A stretch of DNA of 59,417 nt, the filler included, from Squatina squatina (taxonomy: Eukaryota): assembly GCA_031763465.1 (NCBI GenBank). It is 3 parts of 3 records of this genome, joined end to end, with 100 filler letters (N's around TTAATTAATTAA, not from the genome) between each part and the next. Parts side by side here need not be neighbours in the genome. Positions count along the whole stretch, not along the records: positions 46,239 to 59,417 come from JARFOE010000234.1; 2 more parts are not named here. One strand, given 5' to 3'. A program made the translations under genes and the position numbers. The stretch's first letter is position 1, and every line of letters starts with the position of its first letter. The notes under the pieces were generated by a model. It was given only the letters and a program-made list of their open reading frames with translations, was not told the origin of the DNA and made no database searches. Below are positions 49,026 to 59,417 of the stretch, in pieces.

Positions 49026-51825
49026 CACTCCTACTATTATTTTGGGTTAACAGCACAAAGACATCAAGAAATCTCAGCAGATTATTGTATATTACATCTC
49101 TAGTAACATGTAGCACAGATTTCACATTCAGCTGGCGAGGCCAGATACATTTCTGGACCTGTGACTGAGGGGTTATTAGAAGAAAAACAATTAATAACTG
49201 AGGAGTCTCTTCTGGAACCCCTCGGACCTGCTAATGCCTCTGTTTTCTTTTGCCATAGGCTCCTGTGCTGAATTATTTTATTATTATGTAACTATAGTCC
49301 AGCTCTGTATGTTAGCTGTTTTAATCCGTTCAGTATTACTGTCCCATTCTGCGCCATAATAACCACATTTTGAGAGGTGCTTTATTAGTAAAATCTCTCC
49401 TTTCTGGCCATCCAGGGCCAAATGTTCTTGAATTAACTGACCAAATACCTGAGAATAGGCAGCTGTGAGACAATCTTACTTCATAAATACACTTGACTAC
49501 CTCACGGAAAAAAAACCTCTTCAGTTTAAAAGCTCCCATGTGCACGATAAAACAAATTGGTCTGACAAAAGGGCTTCTCACTGCCTGTACTTTATATATG
49601 ACTAACATGGTCCACTACATAAAACCAGTCAGTAAAGTAGATTCTGATGTCTAACCCATTGTCTTCTGTGGTGTTGAAATGTAGAAACTTAGAAAATAGG
49701 AGCAGGAGTAGGCCATTCGGCCCTTCGAGCCTGCTCCGCCATTCAATATGATCATGGCTGATCATCNNNNNNNNNNNNNNNNNNNNNNNNNNNNNNNNNN
49801 NNNNNNNNNNNNNNNNNNNNNNNNNNNNNNNNNNNNNNNNNNNNNNNNNNNNNNNNNNNNNNNNNNCCACTCTGTTCCATTTTGCCCCGAAGGTGGCGGG
49901 GTCCTTTTCCAATATGCAGATCTGGCACCGATCACATTATTGTAGCCGGACTGCTATTTTTAACTGAGGCTGGAGCAAGGGAGCAGTGATGGCTTCACTG
50001 CCAGGCCAGGAACAGGGGCCAGAGCTAAAAGAGACCCAGTAAAGTGATTTAAAAAAAATGTTTCTACGGGTTTCCTAATGGGCCCGTAGGAGCAAAAGGG
50101 CTTCAAATGCAACAAATCATTCCCCTTCCTTGAAACTCCAGTCTTTATTGTGTGTTTGTCCCCTGAATAGTAACATTCTGTTCAGCACAAGGGAACAATT
50201 AAGGTGTTCATTCAACAAGTCAAATGCAAGTCAGAAAATTTGCTTGACATAGTTTTGCCTGAAAGAAGTTTCCATGACTTCTATATGTAAATCATGCTAG
50301 AAAACTGTTAATTCTTTAAACCTTGATTGATTATTTTAATAAATCTGAGGCGTAAAGAAATAAAGGAAACTTTGCCATCATTGCCTTGAGGTGACGCGAT
50401 GAATTTCAGCCTTGTCACTCAGATTCAGCAATAACCATATAATAATATGGTTTTTCTCACCTCTGATAAGGACAGTTCTAACAATGAGAACAGAGCACGC
50501 TCAAGTAATACATTACTCAACCAGTTGTATACATACATCTATTTTCTGTAACAGGTCTCACAATTCATATAGGTGCAAACATGGCACCATGATAAAAAGG
50601 GTCATTTAAAAGACTTCACAGATGCTCTGTACTGTGAAGGATTGAATTTTCAGTTGAATGCTTGCACTTTCACATCTTTCTGTCTGCTGGAATTTACTTT
50701 TCAATGGCACATGGTAATAGGTGTTTCTTACATTGCTGATCATGAACATATTTGTTACTATACCATGCTTCTGACTCACATTGGCACAAAATTTGCCATT
50801 ATGTTGATTGCTTTAAAGCAGCAATTAAGGTTCGTATAGCATGAAAAAAGATGGGAAATTTCCCCGAGCAGTTTATGTTTCCTTTCCCCCTTCCCCACCC
50901 ACCCCAAAACAACAAAGAACTAATTCCATTGAAGGAAACCTAGCCTCCTCCCCCAAGGAGATTAAAATCCACGACCCTGTGGAGAGAGTGGGGGTGGGGA
51001 GAGAAAAATAACTGAGGTGGCCAAATCTTCTGCAGTGGCCCCCCATCCAAGCAAATAGAAGGAATCTGAGCAGGGACATAGATTAAAAGCCAAACTNNNN
51101 NNNNNNNNNNNNNNNNNNNNNNNNNNNNNNNNNNNNNNNNNNNNNNNNNNNNNNNNNNNNNNNNNNNNNNNNNNNNNNNNNNNNNNNNNNNNNNNNTGCT
51201 AAATTAACCATTTTAAAAATAGGTTGTGAAAAATCAAATGGGTAAATTGAACTGTAATTGTCTTGTAGAAATAGCGGAGCAGAGTTCTGGGCACCAACAT
51301 ACAACTCTGCCAATCTCACAGTCAATAGGGAAACCATATCCATGGCAACAGCGTGTATCACTTTAACTAGCAGAGACAATTCTCCCAGATTTTACCTCTC
51401 AAATATTTTATGCACAGCATGTTAAAAAGGCTTTATTTAATGCATGATTTGACAATACTGTAGTTTGTATCTGTGGATTTATTCAGATAAAAATTATTTT
51501 CACTTCAATAAGCTACCCTTAAATTCCTTTGGCACCTTGCAACACATTCACTTTGACAACCCTCCTGGTGCAGCACATGATTTAAAAACATTATCATGAA
51601 TATATTGTCAAAGAAGGAGGCATAGAAATTGGATAAGGCCTGAAAATGGGACGTGGCACCTGTGGGGTGAGATTTGCTCACGCCCGTTAAAAAGTCGCAG
51701 GCAGCACGTTATTTTGGTGCTGCCTGCTGATATCAATGATTTCAGTGCACAGCCCAATGCCGAATACGTTGCTTCAGGCTGTGCGCTTAGCAGCTGGCCC
51801 AATGTCACGTGTCCAGTCCAGTGTT

Positions 51826-52069
51826 AGCTGTGGCTCAGTTGGTAGCACCCTCATCCCAGAGCCAGAAGGATTGTGTGTTTAAGTCCCACTCCAGAGACTT
51901 GTGCACAAAAATGTAAGCTGACACTCCAGTGCAGTACTGTCAGAGATGCCATGTTTTAGATGAGGCCTCGTTTGCTCTGTTATGGCACTATTTCGAAGAA
52001 GAACATGGGAGTTATCCCTGGTGTCCTGGTCAATATTTATTCTTTAATCAACATTACTAAAGCAGATTA
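51826..52069 (+). mobile_element. tRNA-derived SINE (SacSINE1/DeuSINE-like)
   Basis: A-box TGGCTCAGTTGG and degenerate B-box GTTTAAGTC, followed by the Deu-like ATGGCACTATTTCGAAGAAGA...CCTGGTGTCCTGGTCAATATTTAT. Confidence 0.75.
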
Positions 52070-53691
52070 NNNNNNNNNNNNNNNNNNNNNNNNNNNNNNN
52101 NNNNNNNNNNNNNNNNNNNNNNNNNNNNNNNNNNNNNNNNNNNNNNNNNNNNNNNNNNNNNNNNNNNNNCCTCCCTCCAGTTCCTCGTTTTCTTCCCCCT
52201 CGTCCTTCTCCCTCTGCACATATGTTCCCATCTTTCTCTCTGCCTATCCTTCATCCGCCATAGATCGTGGAGAACTAGCCAGCATGCCACTACAGCACCC
52301 ATCAATCTTACCAAGTGCTGCAGTTTGAATCTTTGAAGAATAAATGTAGCTACTTTGTACTTGCGACAAGACTCCTGATACAAAGGAACCTTGAAATTAC
52401 TCAATGAAACTGTTGCTGTAGCTAAAACTAGCAAAAAGCCACTGAAACTGCACTAACCTGACAGGTGCAAGTGATTGCTGATGATCATTTTTTTTAAATA
52501 ACGTTCCTGCAGCTGGCTTCCTGGTGCTGCATGCCAGCTCCTCCTGTCGGTGTTTACTCCAAATGGTGAGGTAAGTGACTAAAAGCAATTTCGGAAATCG
52601 GACATTCAGTGAGCGTTGCACACTAACTGACATCACGATCTCCCTGGCGTTGAGGTTTCTGGTGATAGCTGCTACTGGCAGGACTTCAAGAGTGGGGGAA
52701 GTGGGGGGTTCCGATTTGGAGTGTGGCGGTGGATTCGCCTCATTCTGGTCTCAATAGGCACCATCTACTGGCGTTAACGGGCGGCGCTAAGGTAGTGAAT
52801 TTGTAGGTTGGCGTCTCCAGAAATTAGCTCTAGTAGGCCCTCTATCTGCCATTGGATGACATAGCATGACAGCTTATATCTGGGGAAACCATATATAAAT
52901 GAAATACCAACTTTAAAAATTCTGTAATTGTTTCTCTTGGAAATATTTCTGGATTTGCTACTATAAATTGCCAGTAAAGATCTAAGCTAAGAAAAACCTA
53001 AATGAAGATCTATATCCATTGTCAGAGTCAAATTAAGCACAAATGACTTCACTTCAGTTTTTCAAGCAAATACAGCAATCGTCACCCTGTAAGAGTAATG
53101 CACATTATGTGCATTATAATGTATATTATCATTAACAAAAGAAATTGGAAATTTCAGTTGAATAATTTGTACCTGTAACACTGTCAATCACCAACTTAAA
53201 TTCACATGTATAAGTCCTTATAAAATGCAGGTTTAGAAATCCATGCTCAACTATAGAAAAAATATAAACAAAGAGTTCATTATAGAGAAGAAACAGGTGT
53301 GCAAATCTATATTTTAATTATGCATGGGTAGACTGTAGAATTGGTTCAGAATTAGATGTGTAAGGAGACCTGAATCATTATGGCGAGCTGCAAGGTCTCC
53401 TTCAGAGCATTTATGCCTGTGTACATATTCTTCTAGTTAACGAAAGATAGAAAGTGTCCTCATAGAAATTCCTGACATTTTGTTCTATAGTGATATAATT
53501 TAATTCAGTGGCTCGAGACAAGTGGGTAAATAAATAATATGCTATTGTGTGCAACACTGGGAGCAATTTTTTAATGTTACGCTGCTTCATGTTGTTGCAT
53601 GTAAACTGTGATTAATAATTGAATGTATGTATAATGACATGAATAATAAATCAGTGTGTCCATCACATTATTCCCACTGCCACGAGGTAAT

Positions 53692-53796
53692 CTAAAAATA
53701 TTGTTCAAGTTCATGATGCTCACAGGCCAGAGTCTGCAGAGCTTCTGAAAGTATCTTGTTTTTCTCTTGTTCCTGCTCTAATCGCAGATTACGTAC
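53692..53796 (-). pseudogene. OSBPL1A: OSBPL1A (ORP1)-like exon fragment ending prematurely in a stop
   Basis: A (CT)n tract and CAG acceptor precede VRNLRLEQEQEKNKILSEALQTLACEHHELEQ (human VRNFKLEQEQEKNKILSEALETLATEHHELEQ), then YF-TAG instead of the expected continuation. Its status (pseudogene, isoform or misassembly) is uncertain. Confidence 0.7.
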
Positions 53797-53799
53797 CTG

Positions 53800-53878
53800 G
53801 GGAGAGAGAGAGAGAGGGCCTGGGAGAGAGAGAGAGAGAGAGACTGGGGGAGAGAGAGAGAGAGGGAGAGACTGGAGG
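53800..53878. repeat. (GA)n compound microsatellite
   Basis: Direct reading. It forms the polypyrimidine tract of the OSBPL1A-like exon on the minus strand. Confidence 0.9.
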
Positions 53879-54269
53879 NNNNNNNNNNNNNNNNNNNNNN
53901 NNNNNNNNNNNNNNNNNNNNNNNNNNNNNNNNNNNNNNNNNNNNNNNNNNNNNNNNNNNNNNNNNNNNNNNNNNNNNNCCTGCTGAGTTTTTCCAGCAAT
54001 TTTTGTTTGTATTCTAGATTCCAGCATCCGCAGTATTTCGCTTTTGTATTACTGACATCTATTATGTAGTGCATCATTAAGAGACTGGATATATTTACAT
54101 AGATAATTACACATTTGAGCCACCTTAAATAGTTCACATTTTGGGAAAAGATTGCATTTTATATTCAAGTAGTACTGTAAATCAAAAGAATAAAACTAAT
54201 GATTGTCACTGTTGTTTGCTACTGAGCCAGTTTTATATATTTCAAGGGCTTTAGACGAAGACTGAGGAT

Positions 54270-54485
54270 TAATACTAACTGGACTGAAAAAGAATTAGAC
54301 CTATCGATGTTTTCAAGATGTTGAGATGTTTTGATAGAGTGCATAGAGAAAAAACTATTCCCTTTGGCAAGTGGGTCAATAACCAAAGGTCACAGATTTA
54401 AAATCATTGGCTAAAGGTTTAGACGAGAGAATGGGATATTTTTTCACTTGGGATCTGGAATGCTGTACCTGAAAAGGTGGAAAAA
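54270..54485 (+). mobile_element. Old CR1 LINE C-terminal fragment
   Basis: GACCTATCGATGTTTTCAAGATG...TTTGATAGAGTGCATAGAGAAAAACTATTCCC...GGTCACAGATTTAAAAT, similar to 16940-17119. Confidence 0.6.
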
Positions 54486-55627
54486 GCTTCACTTGTATTC
54501 ATAGAAACAGTTGTTTGGGCTTTATGTAGTTGAACAAGGTAACTTGTTTACACTGATGCAATCAAACAGTATTGATTTGGCAGTAGCATTTGTATAAATG
54601 GATGTACGAGATCAACTGGAACTGAATCAAAATGTTACCTTTTTCGCCTGCGGGAGCTGAAGCATAAGAAAAAAAAGAGAACAATTAATGACAGTGTCTT
54701 GTCCACTTACCAACTGGACATAATCTTTTAATGGATCTTTAGAACCCACTATGCAAAGTTATTGCCTCAAAGCATGTTTTTGTTCGTTGAGCAGGTATAA
54801 TATTTCATGAACTGCAACTAGATGTTTAAATAATCAGACAATACATTCGAATATATATTAATGAAATATGAATCAGTTGTGTGGATTTAAAAAAATAATT
54901 ATGGTAAATAGTAATCTGGTTCACAGTTTAAGATTTAAGAAACATACCGTCTTCTAAAGAATTAAATGTTTCATACAGCTATCTACTCTGAAAAGTGCTG
55001 TTTATAATTTATTACTTTTTTGACTTTTATTTTATTGAATCTGTCATGTAAAAAGCAGGAAATTTTGATGTCTTCTCTGAGTAGTTTCAGTGGCTTAGAA
55101 ATTGGTGTGCGCAGCTTTTTTTCTTGGGCGCTACTCAGACTACTAAGGGCCCACTAAGACGGGCAGGAAGCATGCACACAACTCCGGCTGGAAATGTTCC
55201 CAAGCATTTCTAGCATAATTTTTTTAAACTGAGTAGAAAGGATGAATTGATAAATGTCTTCAGTGAAACAATCTATTAATTACATAATCCTTCATAAACT
55301 TGGTCAGTGAGATGGTAATGAAATGGTACAAATTGAAGATAACCACAAAAGTGTCTATATACAGGTGATTAGAATGTGCAATTCTCCACCATAAACTGTT
55401 GAAGCAAAGTCCACATTTTATTTTACAATAAAATCAGATTATTGTTTGAAAAAAGAGGATTGTTAGTGTATCAGGAGCGAACAGGAAATAGGGTTTGGAC
55501 TAAGTGGCTCGTGCAGAAAATCACCAAGAACTGATGGGTTGAATGGCCTTTTTTGTGCTGTAATCTAATCTAATTCTGTTTTGGAACCTTCACTCATTAA
55601 AGCCTTTTTATTCTCATTTTAAATTAG

Positions 55628-55838
55628 GTTGACCAGTGTATACTTAGCATGTAAAGTGGATGAATTTAATGTCTCCAGTTCCCAGTTTGTTGCTAATCTG
55701 TGGGAGAGTCCTGCGGGTCAAGAGAAGGCACTGGAACAGATCCTTGAGTATGAACTGTTGCTTATTCAGCAGCTGAACTTTCATCTTATTGTCCACAACC
55801 CATTTCGACCTTTTGAGGGCTTTCTTATTGATCTAAAG
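55628..55838 (+). CDS. CCNH: Cyclin H internal exon, 211 nt
   Basis: TAG|...|GTA exon encoding [70 protein letters not shown], nearly identical to the cyclin H cyclin box. Confidence 0.97.
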
Positions 55839-56266
55839 GTACTATGCCAACAGTGACTGGATTTGTTTCATAATTCAGAATAGTCTTAAATCTGTTGGAA
55901 GTTTGAAACAGTCTGTTTATCATTGTACGTAGAAAAGTCTTAAGTAGCGGCACAGCAGTAACGGTATCTGCGTCCTAGTGCTCCAGTTTATTTCTGTTTG
56001 CAAGATTCAACTGATTTCCAGTTTCATCAATTCTCATCGTAATCATAAGCTAGAAAGGTTCATGATACTGCAGTGATAAGAGGAGGGGTGGGGTGATTAG
56101 GGACCAAAATGGAGACCTACGCATGGAGGTTGAGTTACTGAATGAGTATTTTGCATCTGTCTTTACNNNNNNNNNNNNNNNNNNNNNNNNNNNNNNNNNN
56201 NNNNNNNNNNNNNNNNNNNNNNNNNNNNNNNNNNNNNNNNNNNNNNNNNNNNNNNNNNNNNNNNNN

Positions 56267-56480
56267 ACCCCTGTTCTCAGTGTCCTATTTTGGATCCTAC
56301 TCCCTCAACCCCTCCAATTTAAAATTCTCAAATTAAATCCCTTAATGCTTTTCCATCTTCCTCTCCTCCTTAAAACCCACCTCTTTGCCTAAATTTTGGT
56401 CACACCTCCTAATATCTCCTTCTTTAGCTTGGTATATGTTTTTCTAAGTTAAATGTACCATTATAAATACAAGTTTCTAT
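56267..56480 (+). mobile_element. L2-type LINE 3' fragment
   Basis: CTCCTCCTTAAAACCCACCTCTTTG...TTTTGGTCAC...CTAATATCTCCTT...ATAAATACAAGTT, the reverse of the 6931-7170 family. Confidence 0.55.
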
Positions 56481-56617
56481 TGTGGACCATATTCATTCAA
56501 CTAACTTAATGAAATGTAACAAAGTCACAATAAAAAAATGTTTTGGTGCAGAAATCCCAACTGCTGTCCAAAAGAGGGTTAATTTTTGGCCAACTAAGCA
56601 ATGCTAAATACACTTAC

Positions 56618-56695
56618 CCCCAATTCATCTAAGAACATAATCATTCGTTGCTTGTTGCTCTTGATGAATGGATTTACACCTTCCATGTAGGGCTC
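56618..56695 (-). CDS. RASA1: RASA1 (p120 RasGAP) exon, 78 nt
   Basis: TAG|...|GTAAGT exon encoding EPYMEGVNPFIKSNKQRMIMFLDELG. Confidence 0.96.
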
Positions 56696-57399
56696 CTATA
56701 ACAAAATATAGGTTATTTCCGCTTAGATACTGAATATTACACTGCTTACAGAACATTACACACTCAAGTTGTAAACTCACATTTAATCTAAATTACCCGA
56801 ATCAATTCTGCTCATAAGATGATTATCTGGTGACAACTTATTTGAAAATCAGCAAATGAACCAACATCACCATGGCAGATTGTTCCAAACATTTATCATT
56901 GAAAAGGTTGTTAAAAATATCAGTTTTAAAATGATCTCTCAGTTCTGGTTCTGCATTCCTGAGCTCTACTAATTGTTTCTTTACACTGACAAGATATTGA
57001 AAATGACGCAGCCATCACATTTTCAAGTCCCTTTCTGCGTTTCCCACTGCCAATTCATGTGCCAGCTGTATAGCATTAAAAAAAATTGGTACATATTTTG
57101 CTACATCCTCTGTCTGCACTGCTTTCCCCCTGGAGTGCATTCCACTCAAATGCTGGGAGTTTTTCAGGTGCCATTTTATTCGATTGTAGTCCGGAAATGG
57201 AAACGTTACTGGAATGACATTGACACAGTTGTGATGCTGGAATGACATTAATACGTTGTGACGTGGAAAATAAAGATTTTGATGTGATGACACTTGGATC
57301 TGAAACATTAACTACAACACTGTGGAAAAACTATCAAAGATGCAAAAAGGTAACCAAAATGGATTTAGTCTGAACTTGTAGGATTCAAATTTAGAATAC

Positions 57400-57488
57400 C
57401 TTAGCTCCAAATTCCACCAAATTTGCTAAGTTTTGAAGAGACTTTGCAACAAGTGTGAGAGTCCTTGCAGCTGTAGAGGAGGGAGGAT
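57400..57488 (-). CDS. RASA1: RASA1 exon, 89 nt
   Basis: Encodes (D)PPSSTAARTLTLVAKSLQNLANLVEFGAK with the RasGAP AKxxQNLAN motif, and splices in phase to 56695. Confidence 0.96.
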
Positions 57489-57710
57489 CTAAAATAAAGT
57501 GGGAAATAAAAGTTAGTGTTGCAGTTGGCATTTTGTCATCACATAGTTACAAAATATTGTCTCATTTCTGCTAAAGTAATCATTGATTATACACTCAGAA
57601 GTAATTCAATTTACCTGCATTGTCAAAATAAAGCAGTTCTATTCCATGTTTGGGGATGGGGCGGGGGGAGAAAGAGGGGTAGTTAAAGTACTTAATGATC
57701 ATGCATTCAG

Positions 57711-58024
57711 AAATGGAGATGTGCTAGAGGCCAGAATTGGTGCACAGAGATCTTGGAGAGCTGCAGTGCTGGCGGAAGTTACAGAGACAGGGAGGGACAA
57801 GGCCATAGAGGGATTTCAATTCATGGATTAGAATTTTAAAATTGAGTCGCTGCCGGACCGGGAGCCAATGTAGGTCAGCAAGCATAGGGGTGATTGGTGA
57901 AAGGGTCTTGGTGCAAGTTAGGTTATGGGCAGCAGAGTTTTGGATGAGCTAAAGGTGAGTGGCTGCCCAGGGGAGCATTGGAATACTCACTTCAAGAGGC
58001 GACAAAGGCATGGATGAGGTTTTC
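57711..58024 (-). mobile_element. L2-type LINE fragment inside a RASA1 intron
   Basis: GCCAGAATTGG...CAGAGATCT...GGGAGCCAATGTAGGTCAGC...GGCAGCAGAGTTTTGGATGAG overlaps and extends the family seen at 19721-20060. Confidence 0.65.
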
Positions 58025-58472
58025 NNNNNNNNNNNNNNNNNNNNNNNNNNNNNNNNNNNNNNNNNNNNNNNNNNNNNNNNNNNNNNNNNNNNNNNNNNNN
58101 NNNNNNNNNNNNNNNNNNNNNNNNCAGCAGTTAGCTTATTCAAGGGGGACTCGAGCTTGGCATGGTGGCATGAGCAGAAGAACATAGTTACGTAAGTATA
58201 AGAGTATTCTTAATGATAACTGGTAATGATACAATTCAGCAACTGCAACACTTCAATTTCTTTTTCACACACTATGGCTCACTCCACATAACTTTATGGG
58301 TTTTGCCTTACTTACCTAGCTTCTCCCTCCTTTTTCTGGTTGGTGGGAGAAGCCAGAACTCTTACATACTGCCCTATCCCTCAAGATAATTACAACAGTA
58401 TAACAGCAAATTTGAGATGTTTAACATATTCTTTGTCCACAATGCACATAAGCTACATATGTTGTTACTTAC

Positions 58473-58588
58473 TGAGGCAGTTCTTCTGCAGCCATGAAAA
58501 TCTTCTCCACCAATTCGGATAGGAGAGCCAGTAGGTGTGCCAAATTAGTGTTCACATCTTCATTTTTTTCAAGTTTGGAAGGATTTAG
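58473..58588 (-). CDS. RASA1: RASA1 exon, 116 nt
   Basis: CAG|...|GTAAGT exon encoding LNPSKLEKNEDVNTNLAHLLALLSELVEKIFMAAEELP. Confidence 0.96.
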
Positions 58589-59417
58589 CTGTAAATCAGA
58601 GGCTTATTACATTATATTTCTCAATTCACGTGGCATAAATTGAAAGAGACAAGTTGTCAGGAAACAAGATGGTCTCTAAACAATGCATTAACACTATGCA
58701 TGGAAAGAAATTAGGGAACAAAAGTATCATAGCAAAGTTTTCCTAGCCATCACAAAACTATGTCAACAAATTATGATTGGATTCAGTAAAAACGGATCCT
58801 TCAAATCCTTCCACTATTTTGTCCACAGGAAATATGACATGGTTATAGATTAATTGTATGTTTTGGATTAAATTCAAGTTTAAACAAGTTTGTTCTATTC
58901 CTCAATTATAGGGCTATAGTTAAGAGTCCAACTCCAATCCAGTATTGCTACTTTTGAAAATTAAGATTTTATACAAATGCTTCTGATGTACTGCCACAAT
59001 CTTGGGGGTATTATAACCATTGATTTTCAATTTCCAGCGATTAAAAGTAAAACCTAAAATAAACAATGAGCGTCAAAAGTGAAGTCCACATCAATCTCAG
59101 TATACTTCCAGTTCACTTTTAGAGTGTGTCGTTTACATTCAGCTTTCAGCCAGGTACTAATCTGTTTCACTGCCTGGGTTAAACTTGAATTTTACTGCCC
59201 AGCTCTTGACTGCTCTTAATTACATTTTAAATGTTTAGACTGTGTGTATGATGATAATGTTTGCATTGTCTAAGCATTTCAATTGAGGTTTAGTTTTATC
59301 AAGTGCCCAGGAGACTTAAGGCAGTGGTAGTCAAACATTTCTGGTTGAAGGACCTCTCATCAAAAGGATTAGTAATCATGGACCTCCCCCCCCCGCCGCC
59401 ACCCCCCACCCCACCAT

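Noticed and set aside
51826-51900. tRNA gene
   Set aside because: A/B-box remnants continue directly into a SINE body and there is no intact cloverleaf.
57015-57308. 97-aa and 90-aa ORFs between RASA1 exons
   Set aside because: They lie within a RASA1 intron whose flanking exons splice in phase, and they show no homology.

Overview
This is eukaryotic vertebrate DNA, most likely from a shark or other elasmobranch, judged from HE1/HER1-like, DeuSINE-like, CR1, L2 and Penelope repeats. It is a highly fragmented draft in which short contigs are joined mostly by 100-N spacers. Two artificial N44-TTAATTAATTAA-N44 linkers (18242-18341 and 46139-46238) split it into three apparently unrelated blocks. 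Block 1 (minus strand) holds six TDRD9 exons, two ASPG exons and the mir-203 hairpin inside a TATA-driven, apparently spliced host transcript, in the same order as the human 14q32.33 locus, plus a TG-rich satellite. Block 2 holds the first coding exon of SNX16, a decayed PIF/Harbinger transposase, retroposon debris and long non-coding stretches. Block 3 holds a truncated OSBPL1A-like exon, one CCNH exon (+) and three RASA1 exons (-). Almost all ORFs in the supplied track are spurious (gap-spanning, satellite or TE-derived). I found no convincing novel multi-gene system. The best leads are the mir-203 host gene architecture, a TIR element with an unusual ~10-bp flanking duplication, a GC-AG intron in TDRD9, an orphan truncated OSBPL1A exon and a diverged ~33-bp tandem array. 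Gene identifications rest on my recall of vertebrate protein sequences, not on a database search, and repeat boundaries are approximate.
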